DNA of 64,000 bases from Ophelia neglecta. Lineage: Eukaryota. The position numbers and the translations under genes were made by a program. Positions within the stretch are counted from its first letter, which is position 1. Each line of letters starts with the position of its first letter. Shown one piece after another: positions 63,401 through 64,000 of this stretch. The notes below the pieces were generated by a model, which saw only the letters and a program-made list of their open reading frames with translations, searched no databases and had not been told where the DNA came from. The DNA is taken from contig OZ260661.1 in assembly GCA_965285935.1 (NCBI GenBank), positions 93,000,001 through 93,064,000 of the forward strand. Direction: 5' to 3'.

Positions 63401-64000
63401 CAGGAAGCCCAGGACAGCGAGGAGAACCAGGACCTGCAGGACCTAGTGGCCCAGCAGGAAGTCAAGGACCATCTGGGCCGGCTGGTTCCCCAGGGCCCAG
63501 AGGAGAGCGAGGCGAAACTGGTCCCGCCGGACCTGCAGGTAATTTCATGACCGGTCATTTGCGTACTTTATCTTCCCAATTGTTTATGCATTTGTCATTA
63601 GCTTTGAATCTTAGATAAATTATTGCAGCCTTTTATTGTTTACAAACTGAGGAACGGGTGATGAAATAATAAGAAGACAAATTTCATATTTACGGTAGAT
63701 ATGTCATTTTGCAAAAGCAAAAGTCTAAAAAGTGCCCTTGTCTGTATATTAAAGGAGAGTCAGGATCCCCTGGTCCAGGAGGAGAGAGGGGAGAGCCAGG
63801 ACCAGCAGGACCCAGTGGACCAGCAGGTCCCCGCGGTGAAGCAGGCCCTGCAGGGCCAAGTGGATCAAGAGGCGAGTCCGGACCAGCTGGACCAGCTGGA
63901 CCATCTGGACCTGCCGGTCAACGAGGCGAACCTGGACCCAGAGGAGAAGCTGGACCTCGTGGAGAGTCTGGAACTCCAGGAACACCAGGAGAGAGGGGAG
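51339..64000 (+). CDS. Gene B: secreted giant collagen alpha chain with two N-terminal vWA domains (multi-exon, 3' end outside window)
   Basis: Spliced GT-AG model: 51339-51450 (signal peptide), 51648-51945 plus 52300-52583 (vWA1), 53833-54441 (vWA2), then 20 Gly-X-Y exons from 54696 to >64000. The frame is continuous; ~2140 collagenous residues lie in the window. Confidence 0.94.
51648..51945 (+). CDS. Gene B vWA1, first exon
   Basis: [19 protein letters not shown]...RVGATRYA...GSTNTAAGI; MIDAS DxSxS and Thr present. Confidence 0.93.
52300..52583 (+). CDS. Gene B vWA1, second exon
   Basis: [23 protein letters not shown]...ILTVGIG...ICPSPP; phase 2 junction joins in frame. Confidence 0.93.
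53833..54441 (+). CDS. Gene B vWA2 exon (609 nt, phase 1-1)
   Basis: [18 protein letters not shown]...GSTNT...[14 protein letters not shown]...ACG. Confidence 0.94.
54696..54845 (+). CDS. Gene B first collagen exon, 150 nt
   Basis: VP followed by 16 Gly-X-Y triplets. Confidence 0.9.
55035..55646 (+). CDS. Gene B collagen exon, 612 nt (68 triplets)
   Basis: Gly-X-Y, AG/GT flanks. Confidence 0.92.
55763..55933 (+). CDS. Gene B collagen exon, 171 nt (19 triplets)
   Basis: Gly-X-Y, AG/GT flanks. Confidence 0.9.
56089..56331 (+). CDS. Gene B collagen exon, 243 nt (27 triplets)
   Basis: Gly-X-Y part of ORF 56043..56348. Confidence 0.9.
56636..56995 (+). CDS. Gene B collagen exon, 360 nt (40 triplets)
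   Basis: Gly-X-Y part of ORF 56620..57063. Confidence 0.92.
57102..57362 (+). CDS. Gene B collagen exon, 261 nt (29 triplets)
   Basis: Gly-X-Y, AG/GT flanks. Confidence 0.9.
57608..57814 (+). CDS. Gene B collagen exon, 207 nt (23 triplets)
   Basis: Gly-X-Y part of ORF 57592..57840. Confidence 0.9.
57960..58193 (+). CDS. Gene B collagen exon, 234 nt (26 triplets)
   Basis: Gly-X-Y part of ORF 57938..58201. Confidence 0.9.
58307..58675 (+). CDS. Gene B collagen exon, 369 nt (41 triplets)
   Basis: Gly-X-Y part of ORF 58270..58689. Confidence 0.9.
58811..59161 (+). CDS. Gene B collagen exon, 351 nt (39 triplets)
   Basis: Gly-X-Y, AG/GT flanks. Confidence 0.9.
59280..59504 (+). CDS. Gene B collagen exon, 225 nt (25 triplets)
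   Basis: Gly-X-Y part of ORF 59243..59548. Confidence 0.88.
59618..59932 (+). CDS. Gene B collagen exon, 315 nt (35 triplets)
   Basis: Gly-X-Y, AG/GT flanks. Confidence 0.9.
60044..60409 (+). CDS. Gene B collagen exon, 366 nt, with G-R-GER break
   Basis: GQP GR GER, break at 60277-60285. Confidence 0.9.
60508..60876 (+). CDS. Gene B collagen exon, 369 nt (41 triplets)
   Basis: Gly-X-Y part of ORF 60498..60932. Confidence 0.9.
60993..61217 (+). CDS. Gene B collagen exon, 225 nt (25 triplets)
   Basis: Gly-X-Y, AG/GT flanks. Confidence 0.9.
61462..61812 (+). CDS. Gene B collagen exon, 351 nt (39 triplets)
   Basis: Gly-X-Y part of ORF 61440..61862; weak GTCGGC donor. Confidence 0.87.
61936..62160 (+). 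CDS. Gene B collagen exon, 225 nt (25 triplets)
   Basis: Gly-X-Y part of ORF 61899..62174. Confidence 0.9.
62272..63198 (+). CDS. Gene B collagen exon, 927 nt (103 triplets)
   Basis: Gly-X-Y, AG/GT flanks. Confidence 0.92.
63314..63538 (+). CDS. Gene B collagen exon, 225 nt (25 triplets)
   Basis: Gly-X-Y, AG/GT flanks. Confidence 0.9.
63755..64000 (+). CDS. Gene B collagen exon (truncated by window edge)
   Basis: aag acceptor then [12 protein letters not shown]... Confidence 0.9.

Overview
Eukaryotic (metazoan, AT-rich introns; probably annelid or another lophotrochozoan, by inference) genomic window holding the 5' halves of two divergently transcribed, paralogous giant collagen genes. Gene A (minus strand, ATG 14882, runs off the left edge) encodes a signal peptide, one vWA domain with a degenerate MIDAS, and at least ~2150 residues of Gly-X-Y in 19 exons. 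Gene B (plus strand, ATG 51339, runs off the right edge) encodes a signal peptide, two MIDAS-intact vWA domains, and at least ~2140 residues of Gly-X-Y in 20 exons. By hand count, ten intron positions and one G-X-G break fall in the same triplet register in both genes. The most striking signal is non-coding. Each gene has a ~200-nt 5'UTR exon carrying the same structured RNA element (identical 15- and 19-nt blocks, covarying upper stem), followed by a short uORF whose stop lies exactly 3 nt before the splice donor. Both genes also carry the motif CGCTTGCTG at exactly -54 to -46 before the orthologous, frame-preserving vWA exon. Together these suggest a shared post-transcriptional system co-regulating two chains of a giant, cuticle-type collagen. 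The ~35 kb between the UTR exons holds candidate first exons, Tc1/mariner-type MITEs, a degraded LINE and G/C tracts. All coordinates and counts were made by eye and need computational confirmation.
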